Positions 1-8,905 of a stretch of DNA of 64,000 nucleotides are shown here, one piece after another (positions within the stretch are counted from its first letter, which is position 1; each line of letters starts with the position of its first letter). The DNA lies in contig CP074575.1 of assembly GCA_018394315.1 (NCBI GenBank), forward strand, positions 1,644,615 through 1,708,614, written 5' to 3'. The position numbers and the translations under genes are program-made. The notes under the pieces were generated by a model. The model saw only the letters and a list, made by a program, of their open reading frames with translations. It had not been told where the DNA came from and made no database searches. Source of the DNA: Mycoplasmatota bacterium (GTDB lineage Bacteria; Bacillota_I; Bacilli_A; MAG-NZ).

Positions 1-26
1 TCTACCTTGATAAAATCTTTTTTCAT
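1..26 (-). CDS. 5' end of the gene downstream of pilM (runs off the window; possibly PilN-like)
   Basis: SD GGTGA followed by ATG AAA AAA GAT TTT ATC AAG GTA (MKKDFIKV) just after the pilM stop; identity inferred from position only. Confidence 0.4.
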
Positions 27-34
27 ATGATCAC

Positions 35-949
35 CTATATTAAACTATTTGACATAGTTAATAAGTACTTAACATATACGTCATATAGATTGTTTTCATC
101 ATTTGGATTATAGAATACCAAATGACCCACATTAGTCATATTATTATTAATAATAATTCTTACTAAGTTTTCATCAAGTATATCATCACCAGTCATTGGA
201 ATTATAATAGCCTTTTTAATAGTTTCATTTCCTTTATTAATATTCCATACATAATAATTATTCATCCGATATATCTCATCTTGAACGCGTTGGGCAAAAT
301 CATTATAATGAGTACTTGATTCGTAATTTGGGATATCAGAGACAATACTAAAGATAGGGTATTGCTTATTAAATATATTTATGCTCAGCATGTTATGATA
401 AACATTAACTATCATTATATCATTTTCGAAATCTTGTATTCCGTATTTAGATATACTATATGCTCTATGAGCAGCTAATGCTGGAATGTCAGTCTTAACA
501 ACCTTAAGGCCTGCTTTATAAAGCATCTTTACGTATAAATTAAGGTGTCGTTCACTAGCCGCAAATATAAATGCTTCTCTTTCTCCGTTTACTTCAGAAA
601 CTTTCACATCCATAAGTGAATCACTAAAAGGTAATACTAAATCAACATTCATTCTTGTTTTTAGAAAACTCTTCATATCTTTAGTCTTAACTTCTGACGG
701 CAAAGGATATCTTTTAACAGAAACAATCTTTTCATGTAACAACAGATTAACCTTTGAAGTAGAAATTTTTGTTCTTTTAATGACATCCTCAACTAAAGTA
801 GATAATTCATCAAGTTTTTCTATTATACCATTCACAATATAACCATCAGGCAACTTAACAGTACCATATTCTTTTAATTTCTTAATTCCTCGTCCTTTTT
901 CGACAAATATAAACTCATAATCAGTAAAAAAAACACTTAGTGTTTTCAT
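35..949 (-). CDS. pilM: Type IV pilus assembly protein PilM-like (actin-like fold)
   Basis: 'YGTVKLPDGYIVNGII', 'LVLPFSDSLMD' and 'AGLKVVKTDIPALAAHRAY' resemble Firmicutes PilM; pil cluster context; likely start at MKTL (949), ORF extends to 961. Confidence 0.75.
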   Translation of the reverse strand: MKTLSVFFTDYEFIFVEKGRGIKKLKEYGTVKLPDGYIVNGIIEKLDELSTLVEDVIKRTKISTSKVNLLLHEKIVSVKRYPLPSEVKTKDMKSFLKTRMNVDLVLPFSDSLMDVKVSEVNGEREAFIFAASERHLNLYVKMLYKAGLKVVKTDIPALAAHRAYSISKYGIQDFENDIMIVNVYHNMLSINIFNKQYPIFSIVSDIPNYESSTHYNDFAQRVQDEIYRMNNYYVWNINKGNETIKKAIIIPMTGDDILDENLVRIIINNNMTNVGHLVFYNPNDENNLYDVYVKYLLTMSNSLI

Positions 950-964
950 ATTATTCACCACACT

Positions 965-1675
965 TTAAAATAGATTTATATAGTATTCTAATAAAGAGTC
1001 ACCGTAAAAATAAGCAATAAATGCGCCAACCGTAATAAATGGAACAAATGGTATATATAAAGTCTCCTTATTAATTTTTTGAGCTATTAATCCGAAAACA
1101 AGCCCAAATACCGATGCAAAGAAAACTGATAAAAAGGTCAACTTAACCCCTAATACTAAACCTATTATAGCATATAATTTAATGTCTCCTCCACCTAAAA
1201 CTTCTTGCTTATATAATTTCTCGCCAACGGTCGATAGAACATAAAAGAATGTGAATGCTACCAGCATTCCTAAATATGCATCAAACCATACTTCACGTGT
1301 TATAAATATCCTTAAAAATCCAATTAGAGTTAGAAAAATAATTATTAACTCGTCTGGCACAATTTTATCAAGTATATCTGAAACACTAACACTAACCATA
1401 AGTAAAATAAATAAATAACCTATATTTAATTCGTTTGTAGAACCAAATAATCCATATGATATATTTACTAATAGAATAGCAACTAAAACAGAAATCAGAT
1501 ATAAAAACTTATTATCTTTTCCACATTCACACTTTAAGTAGTAATTATATACTTTATCTCCACAATTATAACATTTTAGACCCCTAAAGATTTCTTTTCT
1601 ATCTACAACATTACTTCCTAGAAAAACACTTAATATCCCTATAATAATACCAATTACCATTCTTGATATAAACAT
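965..1675 (-). CDS. pilD: Prepilin peptidase (A24), N-terminal Cys domain shortened
   Basis: Both catalytic Asp motifs (SDILDKIVPD, GGGDIKL), C-terminal IPFVPFI, multiple TM segments. Confidence 0.9.
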   Translation of the reverse strand: MFISRMVIGIIIGILSVFLGSNVVDRKEIFRGLKCYNCGDKVYNYYLKCECGKDNKFLYLISVLVAILLVNISYGLFGSTNELNIGYLFILLMVSVSVSDILDKIVPDELIIIFLTLIGFLRIFITREVWFDAYLGMLVAFTFFYVLSTVGEKLYKQEVLGGGDIKLYAIIGLVLGVKLTFLSVFFASVFGLVFGLIAQKINKETLYIPFVPFITVGAFIAYFYGDSLLEYYINLF

Positions 1676-1746
1676 ACATTTTCCCCTCTACTGAAATTAT
1701 TATATTTAAATATATTATTATAATAAAAGACAAGAAACTGACTAGT

Positions 1747-1775
1747 AAAAAAGATTTCATCTAAATGAAATCTTT
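1747..1775 (-). terminator. Intrinsic terminator after the major pilin
   Basis: AAAGATTTCAT-ttag-ATGAAATCTTT followed by T run on the minus strand. Confidence 0.75.
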
Positions 1776-1793
1776 AATATAATCAAATAAGAA

Positions 1794-2177
1794 TTAAGCT
1801 GATGGTGCTACCCAAGTATGATCTACTCCATCGTAAGTTAATGTCCCATCCGCTGTAGTAACAATAACTACCTTAGTAATTTTACCAGAAGATCCTTGTG
1901 GTGTGATAGTAACACTAGTATATTCAGTAAAATCTTTGTTTAAATAATCAGGCATATCAGCAACAGCGAAGTTAGTTGTTCCGCAATCTTCTTGAATACA
2001 ATATGTTTGAGCAGCGTTATAAACAGCTACTGCATCACCTTCCATTGCCTTAATTTTTGTTTTGTTAATCATACCAGTAACAGTTGGGATTGCGATAGCT
2101 GCAATAATCCCCATGATTACAACAACTGCCATCATTTCAGCGATAGTAACACCCTTCTTGTTCTTGAAAATTTTCAT
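1794..2177 (-). CDS. Type IV major pilin (PilA-like)
   Basis: Class III signal MKIFKNKKG|VTIAEMMAVVVIMGIIAAIAIP with Glu+5; SD GGGAG before ATG 2177 (ORF track starts 20 codons earlier). Confidence 0.88.
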   Translation of the reverse strand: MKIFKNKKGVTIAEMMAVVVIMGIIAAIAIPTVTGMINKTKIKAMEGDAVAVYNAAQTYCIQEDCGTTNFAVADMPDYLNKDFTEYTSVTITPQGSSGKITKVVIVTTADGTLTYDGVDHTWVAPSA

Positions 2178-2217
2178 TCTATTTTCTCCCTTGAATTTAT
2201 TTCCTAGTTCCGATTTA

Positions 2218-2247
2218 ATTCTATCATAAAATAGCAATAAATGTCAA
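2218..2247 (-). promoter_or_regulatory. sigmaA-type promoter of the pilin gene
   Basis: TTGACA-18 nt-TAGAAT with extended TG. Confidence 0.7.
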
Positions 2248-2284
2248 TTAGTGGGACAAACAAACTAATCAAGTAATTAAGTTT

Positions 2285-3499
2285 TTATAATGACTGCATC
2301 ATACTAAATGAAGGCATCATTACAGCCAAAACTAATCCTCCAACTAAAGCATAAATAAATATCATAAGTGCTGGTTCAATTCGTTTTCTAAGTTTTTTTA
2401 TTTGAAACTTTACATCAGTAGTATAAAATTTAGCTAAATTATGCAGCATATCATCTAAACTACCTGATTTTTCTCCAAGAGAAATCATTTTAGTAAAAAT
2501 AGGTGTAAATGCATAATGGTTTTCCATTGCTCTAGAAATTGCATAACCATTTTCCACATTATCAGCAACTTTTAGTAATCTTTCTTTATAGATTGCGTTT
2601 TTTGTAATTGTAGCGGTAGCTTTGATGGCATCTAATAAATTAACATGATTAACAACCATCTGAGACAATGTAGAAGCAATTATGGATAGATTAAACATTA
2701 CAACTATCTTACCAAATATTGGCATCTGTATCAGTATTCTTCCTAGCAAAGTCTTTCCTTTTTCAGTTCTATAAAAAATCAAATAAAACAGTATCGAGAA
2801 AAGCAATGCTCCTACCGCTAAGTATGAACCATAATCAAAGAAAAAATGGCTGACATCTAAAAGAGCTTGGGTAATCGCTGGCATCTCAACATCATTTGTT
2901 TCAAATAATCCTACATAATTTGGTAACACGACTGTAACTACCATTATACTAACACCTATCGCCATTAGAATATAAGCAGTAGGCATTGATAATGCACCGA
3001 TAACATCATTTCTTATTTCTCTATTTCTTTCATAGTAATCAGCTATGTTGTCTACTGTTGTGATTAAATCACCAGATTTTTCTCCATTCCTTATCATATT
3101 TATTAATAAAGATGGAAAATCTTTCGGATACTTTGAAAAAGCTTCTGACAATCTTTTTCCAGACGCAACCTCAAAGTATATATCAAATAAAATTCTTTTA
3201 ACTATTTTTTGTTGAGTTTGGGATGCGATAACTTCTAATGAATCAACAGATCTCATTCCGGCTTTCATCATTGATGATAGCTGTTTAAGAATGAAAATCA
3301 GTTCATCAGTTTTTATAGTCCTTCCAACAGTAATTTTACTTAGTTTTGTAAATAAATTACTATACTCTTCTATCTCAAGAATATTTAATCCCTTGTCATA
3401 TAGATAATCTACTAATATATTCTTACTAGGTGCTTCGAATGTCCCTTTTATACGTTTTCCCTCATGAGTTAAAGCTACATACTTATAATCATTAATCAT
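2285..3499 (-). CDS. pilC: Type IV pilus platform protein PilC (T2SS F family)
   Basis: 'KQLSSMMKAG', 'GEKSGDL', 'GEKSGSLDDML', 'IEPALMI'; two T2SSF repeats. Confidence 0.93.
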   Translation of the reverse strand: MINDYKYVALTHEGKRIKGTFEAPSKNILVDYLYDKGLNILEIEEYSNLFTKLSKITVGRTIKTDELIFILKQLSSMMKAGMRSVDSLEVIASQTQQKIVKRILFDIYFEVASGKRLSEAFSKYPKDFPSLLINMIRNGEKSGDLITTVDNIADYYERNREIRNDVIGALSMPTAYILMAIGVSIMVVTVVLPNYVGLFETNDVEMPAITQALLDVSHFFFDYGSYLAVGALLFSILFYLIFYRTEKGKTLLGRILIQMPIFGKIVVMFNLSIIASTLSQMVVNHVNLLDAIKATATITKNAIYKERLLKVADNVENGYAISRAMENHYAFTPIFTKMISLGEKSGSLDDMLHNLAKFYTTDVKFQIKKLRKRIEPALMIFIYALVGGLVLAVMMPSFSMMQSL

Positions 3500-3504
3500 C
3501 TTTA

Positions 3505-5175
3505 TTAGTCCTGAGAATCAGAAACTCTTAAAATCTCTTCTAAGGTAGTAAGTCCTGCTTTAACTTTGCTAAGACCATCATCAATCAGAAAACGCATTCC
3601 ATTTCTCTTCGCTTCATCAGTAAGAACAGATACAGAGGCCTCTTCACTTATTAGACGTCTCATGTTTTCCGTTATATGTAAAACTTCATAAATACCTGTT
3701 CTGCTTTTATATCCTTTGTTATTACAAATAGGGCATCCTTTTATTCTCTTGATTTTTTCTATTTTAATATTTCTTTCTTCAAATATCTTCTTTTCACTTT
3801 CTGTAGGAGTGTCCCAGTAACTACATTCAGGACAAACACGTCTAACAAGTCTTTGAGCTAATACGCTATTTACAGAAGCACTAACTAAGAATGGTTCAAT
3901 ACCCATATCGATTAACCTTGGAATCGTAGAAATTGAATCATTCGTGTGAATTGTCGAGAGAACCAAATGACCAGTTAAAGCTGCTCTTATCGCAATAGCT
4001 GCTGTTTCATTATCTCTTATTTCCCCAACCATAAGAATGTCAGGATCCTGACGTAAAATAGCTCTTAGAGCATTGGCAAAAGTCATATCGACTTCTTCTC
4101 TTACAGGAACCTGATGTACTCCATCTAGTTGCATTTCTACTGGATCTTCTACAGTTATAATGTTTTGAGATTCTCTATCTAGCTGATTTATACAAGAATA
4201 TAACGTTGTAGATTTCCCGCTTCCTGTTGGACCAGAAACTAAAACAACCCCATTTGGTTTACTAATCATTTTTAGCAATAGATCTCTATCTTTATTCGAG
4301 AACCCTAAAGAACTTAAATCACTCATAGATTGTGACAAATCAAGAATACGTAAAACTACTTTTTCACCGTTGACAGTAGGAATAGTAGAGATACGCAAAT
4401 CTATTTCATTATTTAAAACAAAAGTCTTAATGCGTCCATCTTGCGGAATTCTAGTCTCGGTAACATCCATGTTAGACATTACTTTAATACGAGCAACTAA
4501 TTGATTATATAGTCTTTTAGGTAAATGCATTTCACTAGATAATACTCCATCTATTCGGTACTTTATATCAATGGAATAAGGAAGTGGATTGATATGAATA
4601 TCACTTGCTTTCTCGGTAACTGCATTAACTAGAATCTGGTCAACTAATTCAACCATTGGATTCTTTTCGTCATCAGATTCATCAAAATCAGTAAATTTCG
4701 GAACTGATTGATCCTTAATGCCTAAAGCATCTAAAGTTTTACTAAACCCATAAAATTTTTCAATAGCATATAGAATATCTTGCTTTGGCGCTATATAAGT
4801 AACAATGTTTTTCCCAATCATTAGTCTTAAATCATCAATAGTAATATAATCAATTGGATCAGCCATTGCAACTGAAAGGGTGTCTCCACTCATCATGAAA
4901 GGAATAACAACTTTATGTATCGCGTAATCTTTTGGGATTAAGTTTGTTATTTCTTGATCAATATTATATTGTTTAAGGTTTATTCTTTTAACACCTGATA
5001 CTTTTTGAAGTGCATCTTGAACTTTTGATTCAGTTGCAAATCCCAAGCGAATAATTACATCCCCTATTTTTTCATCTGGAAGTCGCATTTGCATTGCTTT
5101 TTCAACTTGAGTTCTTGATAAAACACTTGCATCAACAAGAATATCTCCTAGTCTTTTTCTAACAATTTTCGGCAT
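3505..5175 (-). CDS. pilB: Type IV pilus extension ATPase PilB (GspE family)
   Basis: Walker A GPTGSGKST, LRQDPDILMVGEIRD, STIHTND, CPEC/CPIC zinc site, N-terminal MshEN-like RLGDIL. Confidence 0.95.
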   Translation of the reverse strand: MPKIVRKRLGDILVDASVLSRTQVEKAMQMRLPDEKIGDVIIRLGFATESKVQDALQKVSGVKRINLKQYNIDQEITNLIPKDYAIHKVVIPFMMSGDTLSVAMADPIDYITIDDLRLMIGKNIVTYIAPKQDILYAIEKFYGFSKTLDALGIKDQSVPKFTDFDESDDEKNPMVELVDQILVNAVTEKASDIHINPLPYSIDIKYRIDGVLSSEMHLPKRLYNQLVARIKVMSNMDVTETRIPQDGRIKTFVLNNEIDLRISTIPTVNGEKVVLRILDLSQSMSDLSSLGFSNKDRDLLLKMISKPNGVVLVSGPTGSGKSTTLYSCINQLDRESQNIITVEDPVEMQLDGVHQVPVREEVDMTFANALRAILRQDPDILMVGEIRDNETAAIAIRAALTGHLVLSTIHTNDSISTIPRLIDMGIEPFLVSASVNSVLAQRLVRRVCPECSYWDTPTESEKKIFEERNIKIEKIKRIKGCPICNNKGYKSRTGIYEVLHITENMRRLISEEASVSVLTDEAKRNGMRFLIDDGLSKVKAGLTTLEEILRVSDSQD

Positions 5176-5183
5176 ATAATCCC

Positions 5184-6287
5184 CTACTTTTCATATGATT
5201 CATTTTTAGGACTAAAATAATTTGTGTATATCAAAGTCTCATAAGTTGATACACCATTATTAAATATATATCTATAAACTTGGATTTGTTTTCCGGTAAC
5301 ACCAAATACATGATTTGAACCTTCTTCAGGTTCATACCCATCTGGTAACGGAATAAAATCTATTTCTTTTTCAAAAACATAATGTCCATAAACTTCTTCG
5401 AATGGAATACCCCATAAGACAAACTCCAATCCACTACTATGTTGTTTGACTTCTATTTCATACTCTAAATCATAAGGATTATAGAAACTGAAATCACGAC
5501 CTTGAGATCTATTCACATATGTCTCATAATTCTCAATATGGTTGTCTACATCTAAATACATTATTCTACTATTATGTTTTTCATAGCTAATAAAATTAGT
5601 ATCTATAGTAATTGCATTAATTCCTGTGGCAAGTATGTTTAAATGTTCACTACTAACATTTCTTTCTTGAAAACTTTCAAGAAGTGAAAATCTACTATTT
5701 GATTCGATAACAATATCTAAATCAATTATGTCAGTTAATACAGCATCATTTTTGTCAGTTAAATAGATATAACTGTTAATTGGAACATATAGATTTTCCA
5801 TTTCCTCAATATAATCTTTAATGTATATATTTAGTATTGGCTCCATATTCTCAAAACTATTTCTAATATCTATCAACATCTTTTCTGTATTTACTTCTTT
5901 TGTCATTCCTAAAGGTAAAACTTTCTCTAGTTCTAACTTTAACTTAGCTTGACTAAAATTAGCAACTAACTCAGTATTTGAGCCTTCTACAATGTTTAAA
6001 AGTGTTTGATTATGATTATATTCAATAAACCCAATATCAATTGGGTAAGTGTTGTTGTTATAAGTTATCTCTACCTTTAATTCATCAAGGTAAGAAACAG
6101 TCTTTGATAATATAAATGAACTTGTATCCTCTTTAGGCATTCCACCAATATAGATATCTCCAACACTTGTATTATCTTGAAATTCACTCTCAAAGAAATC
6201 AAGTGACAAGATAACTAGTAAAGATAAAATGGCTATAGAATATAAAAAGACAATCATTCTCCAGCTATAGGTTCCAAATTTAGACAT
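5184..6287 (-). CDS. Membrane-anchored VanW-like protein
   Basis: N-terminal TM; 'FSLLE...LATGINAITIDTNF..YEKH' and 'DFSFYNP' resemble the degenerate VanW domain found upstream of pilB in Bacilli; start at MSKF after SD GGTGG. Confidence 0.55.
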   Translation of the reverse strand: MSKFGTYSWRMIVFLYSIAILSLLVILSLDFFESEFQDNTSVGDIYIGGMPKEDTSSFILSKTVSYLDELKVEITYNNNTYPIDIGFIEYNHNQTLLNIVEGSNTELVANFSQAKLKLELEKVLPLGMTKEVNTEKMLIDIRNSFENMEPILNIYIKDYIEEMENLYVPINSYIYLTDKNDAVLTDIIDLDIVIESNSRFSLLESFQERNVSSEHLNILATGINAITIDTNFISYEKHNSRIMYLDVDNHIENYETYVNRSQGRDFSFYNPYDLEYEIEVKQHSSGLEFVLWGIPFEEVYGHYVFEKEIDFIPLPDGYEPEEGSNHVFGVTGKQIQVYRYIFNNGVSTYETLIYTNYFSPKNESYEK

Positions 6288-6524
6288 ATAATCACCACCA
6301 TTAACATTTTCTTCTAATTTTATCATAATACAAGATTAGACACAAATTGCTAAATCACTATTTTTTTAATACTGAGTCGCTCATTATATTAAACAATCAG
6401 TACAAACGATATAATTCTATTTAAAGTGTGCGAGGTATAAATCAAACAAGAGTGAAACTTACCTAAAATTGTAATTTAATATGTATTATTGTATAATTAA
6501 GTAATTAAATGAGGGGGGGATATT

Positions 6525-8333
6525 ATCAAACGAATAAATAAAAAAGGTAATGTTTTAGTAAATGCTTTTTTAGTATTAATATTGGCTTCTACGACACTGA
6601 TCATTATATCCAACTCTACTCTTAATTCATTAGCTTTACAAAATAAAATTTTTGAAAGAAATATCACATTGAGTGATTCAGTTACTGACATAGTTCTTCT
6701 AGAGTTAAAAGAGGAATTAGTAGATTTCTTAGTTACTGCTTCAGAAGTAGATACTGTCCACGCATATAACATTTTAGACAATTATCTAAAAGATAATTAC
6801 CGTCTTAGAGAAGGTAAAGATTGTGTTTATGATTCAAGTGATTGGAATAATAATGCGCTCGATCCTATTCCTATTCTTTGTACAGTAGATGGTGAAGAAA
6901 AATTATTCAACATTATACTTACCGAGTTTGAATCTAATTTATATGACTTCCCAATAGCTACAAACGGCGACTTATATTTGAATGGTACTTCCTTTATTGA
7001 TGGATTTACGCTTGCTAATAAAATGTATCTATCAAATCATACTTTGAATGGAAATAGCGCGGCAGACATATATAGCGATATATCGATAATACCACTCTTA
7101 GATAATTTAGAAAGATCAGAGAATAATTTCGCATATTTTGATAGAGATTACTACCTTGTAGGAACAGATATCTATACTAAGGAATTATATGGTTGTTACT
7201 CCGATTTATCTAGTCAATGTTACAATGTAATAGGAAATACAATTTACTCATCTTTTAATACATTAACAATAGATAATTTGGTTTCAGATGAAAATATTAT
7301 GCTTTATACTCACACTAATAATAATACCATTGACAACAACAAAACATTACCTATAGTAAAAATTACTAACATTAACAAATATGAGTTGACTTTACCTAGT
7401 TTTAGTTTTAATAATACAGTAAACGATCTGCTTCTAACTGTTAGAGGATCTGGAATAAATTACGTAGATCAACTTGATCCGTATACAATTAGTGAATACG
7501 ATGTAAATAATGACTTATTATGTTGGACTGATTTATATAGTGGAGCAAATTGCCCTTCTAGTGATTTAAATTCGTCAACTGACACAGAAATATCTACAAT
7601 CAATTATGATGCACAAGATCATATAGTGTTTGCAGATGGAGATGGGATTTCAAATAACTACTCATTAACACTAAATCCGTTCGTAGAACACTTTGGAAGT
7701 GATACAGGTAAAGTGATCTATATAGAAGGTGACTTAATCATCAACAATGTTGATTCTTTATTAGAAATCAATGGGAATATAGTTACTACTGGTGATGTTA
7801 TTTTTCAAGGTAATATCAATCAATTGAAATTAACGGGAAATATTTATAGTTTTGGTTCGATAGTATTTGATATGAATTCAAATCTAAACGGTTTAAATAA
7901 TAGTACAAACGAGATAGGTTTCTTGTTTTCTAAAGAAAACATAGTTATAACAGACTCATATTCTGCATATCCAGCTGAAAAATTATCAATGAGCGGTTAC
8001 TTTTATGCAGAAGGTTCCATCTTAATTGATACATCAAAGTACACTGCTTTGAATTTACAAGGTGGCTTATATTCTGAAGCTAAAATTCGTAACTTAAATA
8101 CAAATTTTCCACTAAAAATTGACGGATACGATTTTAACTTCAACGGGATTATGATAAATAGTTACTCAGGACATATTGATAGTTTAGGAAATTATGTACC
8201 AAGTTTAATTCCAGGGGAAGCTAGAAGCTATATCGTTCCTCACCCAAATAAAGAATTAATAGATGGACCAGATATATTCTTACAAACATTTGCAGATAAC
8301 CAATTTACTCTAGAAATTGTGGAGGCAGGATAA
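6525..8333 (+). CDS. Large PilX-like minor pilin / putative tip adhesin
   Basis: In-frame extension upstream of the ORF-track start gives IKRINKKG|NVLVNAFLVLILAS (class III signal); C-terminal G-x-hydrophobic repeats; start codon uncertain (ATC/ATT). Confidence 0.65.
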   Translation: MKRINKKGNVLVNAFLVLILASTTLIIISNSTLNSLALQNKIFERNITLSDSVTDIVLLELKEELVDFLVTASEVDTVHAYNILDNYLKDNYRLREGKDCVYDSSDWNNNALDPIPILCTVDGEEKLFNIILTEFESNLYDFPIATNGDLYLNGTSFIDGFTLANKMYLSNHTLNGNSAADIYSDISIIPLLDNLERSENNFAYFDRDYYLVGTDIYTKELYGCYSDLSSQCYNVIGNTIYSSFNTLTIDNLVSDENIMLYTHTNNNTIDNNKTLPIVKITNINKYELTLPSFSFNNTVNDLLLTVRGSGINYVDQLDPYTISEYDVNNDLLCWTDLYSGANCPSSDLNSSTDTEISTINYDAQDHIVFADGDGISNNYSLTLNPFVEHFGSDTGKVIYIEGDLIINNVDSLLEINGNIVTTGDVIFQGNINQLKLTGNIYSFGSIVFDMNSNLNGLNNSTNEIGFLFSKENIVITDSYSAYPAEKLSMSGYFYAEGSILIDTSKYTALNLQGGLYSEAKIRNLNTNFPLKIDGYDFNFNGIMINSYSGHIDSLGNYVPSLIPGEARSYIVPHPNKELIDGPDIFLQTFADNQFTLEIVEAG

Positions 8334-8905
8334 TGAAGTTGAATAATAATGGATATTCAGTAATTACTATACTCGCTGCAACTATGGTACTATCTATAGC
8401 TTCTATATCTATAATTACTCATGTTAACAATATGTATGGACATAGTAATACAATGCAAAAACGTGCCGCGGCTTTCAACATCGCTGAAGAAATATATAAC
8501 CATACATATGCAAGTAATAGGTCTACATTTACTGATGACGATGATGCGGAAGACTGGATTGGATACTATAATCAATCAAATTGTCAAATCACTTCCGGTA
8601 GTGGAAGTTTACAAAAGATCTTTGATGTTGATACCTGTAATAGATTGTTAAACCAAACTATTAACGGAGATACTTTTAATTCTGATGACATATTCTTCTA
8701 TGTTTACAAGATGAATGAATCGACTATGAATAGAATTGTAAATGATTCTAGTTTAAACGCCCCTAAACCTTTCAAAGAATACGCTAGTGAAATCATCCTT
8801 AACTCAAATTACGATACTGTTAATGTTTATAGAATCACTATATGTGTTACATATAGTGAAAATGAAAACTTAACATTATTATATAATGGTTTTTTATTAC
8901 GATGA
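8333..8905 (+). CDS. Minor pilin (PilV-like)
   Basis: MKLNNNG|YSVITILAATMVLSIASISI class III signal, 'AAAFNIAEE'. Confidence 0.7.
   Translation: MKLNNNGYSVITILAATMVLSIASISIITHVNNMYGHSNTMQKRAAAFNIAEEIYNHTYASNRSTFTDDDDAEDWIGYYNQSNCQITSGSGSLQKIFDVDTCNRLLNQTINGDTFNSDDIFFYVYKMNESTMNRIVNDSSLNAPKPFKEYASEIILNSNYDTVNVYRITICVTYSENENLTLLYNGFLLR

Noticed and set aside
2285..5175. ComG competence pseudopilus (comGA/comGB)
   Set aside because: The ATPase is 556 aa with an N-terminal MshEN-like extension, the platform protein is ~400 aa, and pilM is present; this fits PilB/PilC rather than the shorter ComGA/GB.
6327..6510. c-di-GMP riboswitch in the divergent pil intergenic region
   Set aside because: No GEMM-type GGCAAA/GNRA stem architecture is recognisable; an Infernal scan with the c-di-GMP-I/II models would be decisive.
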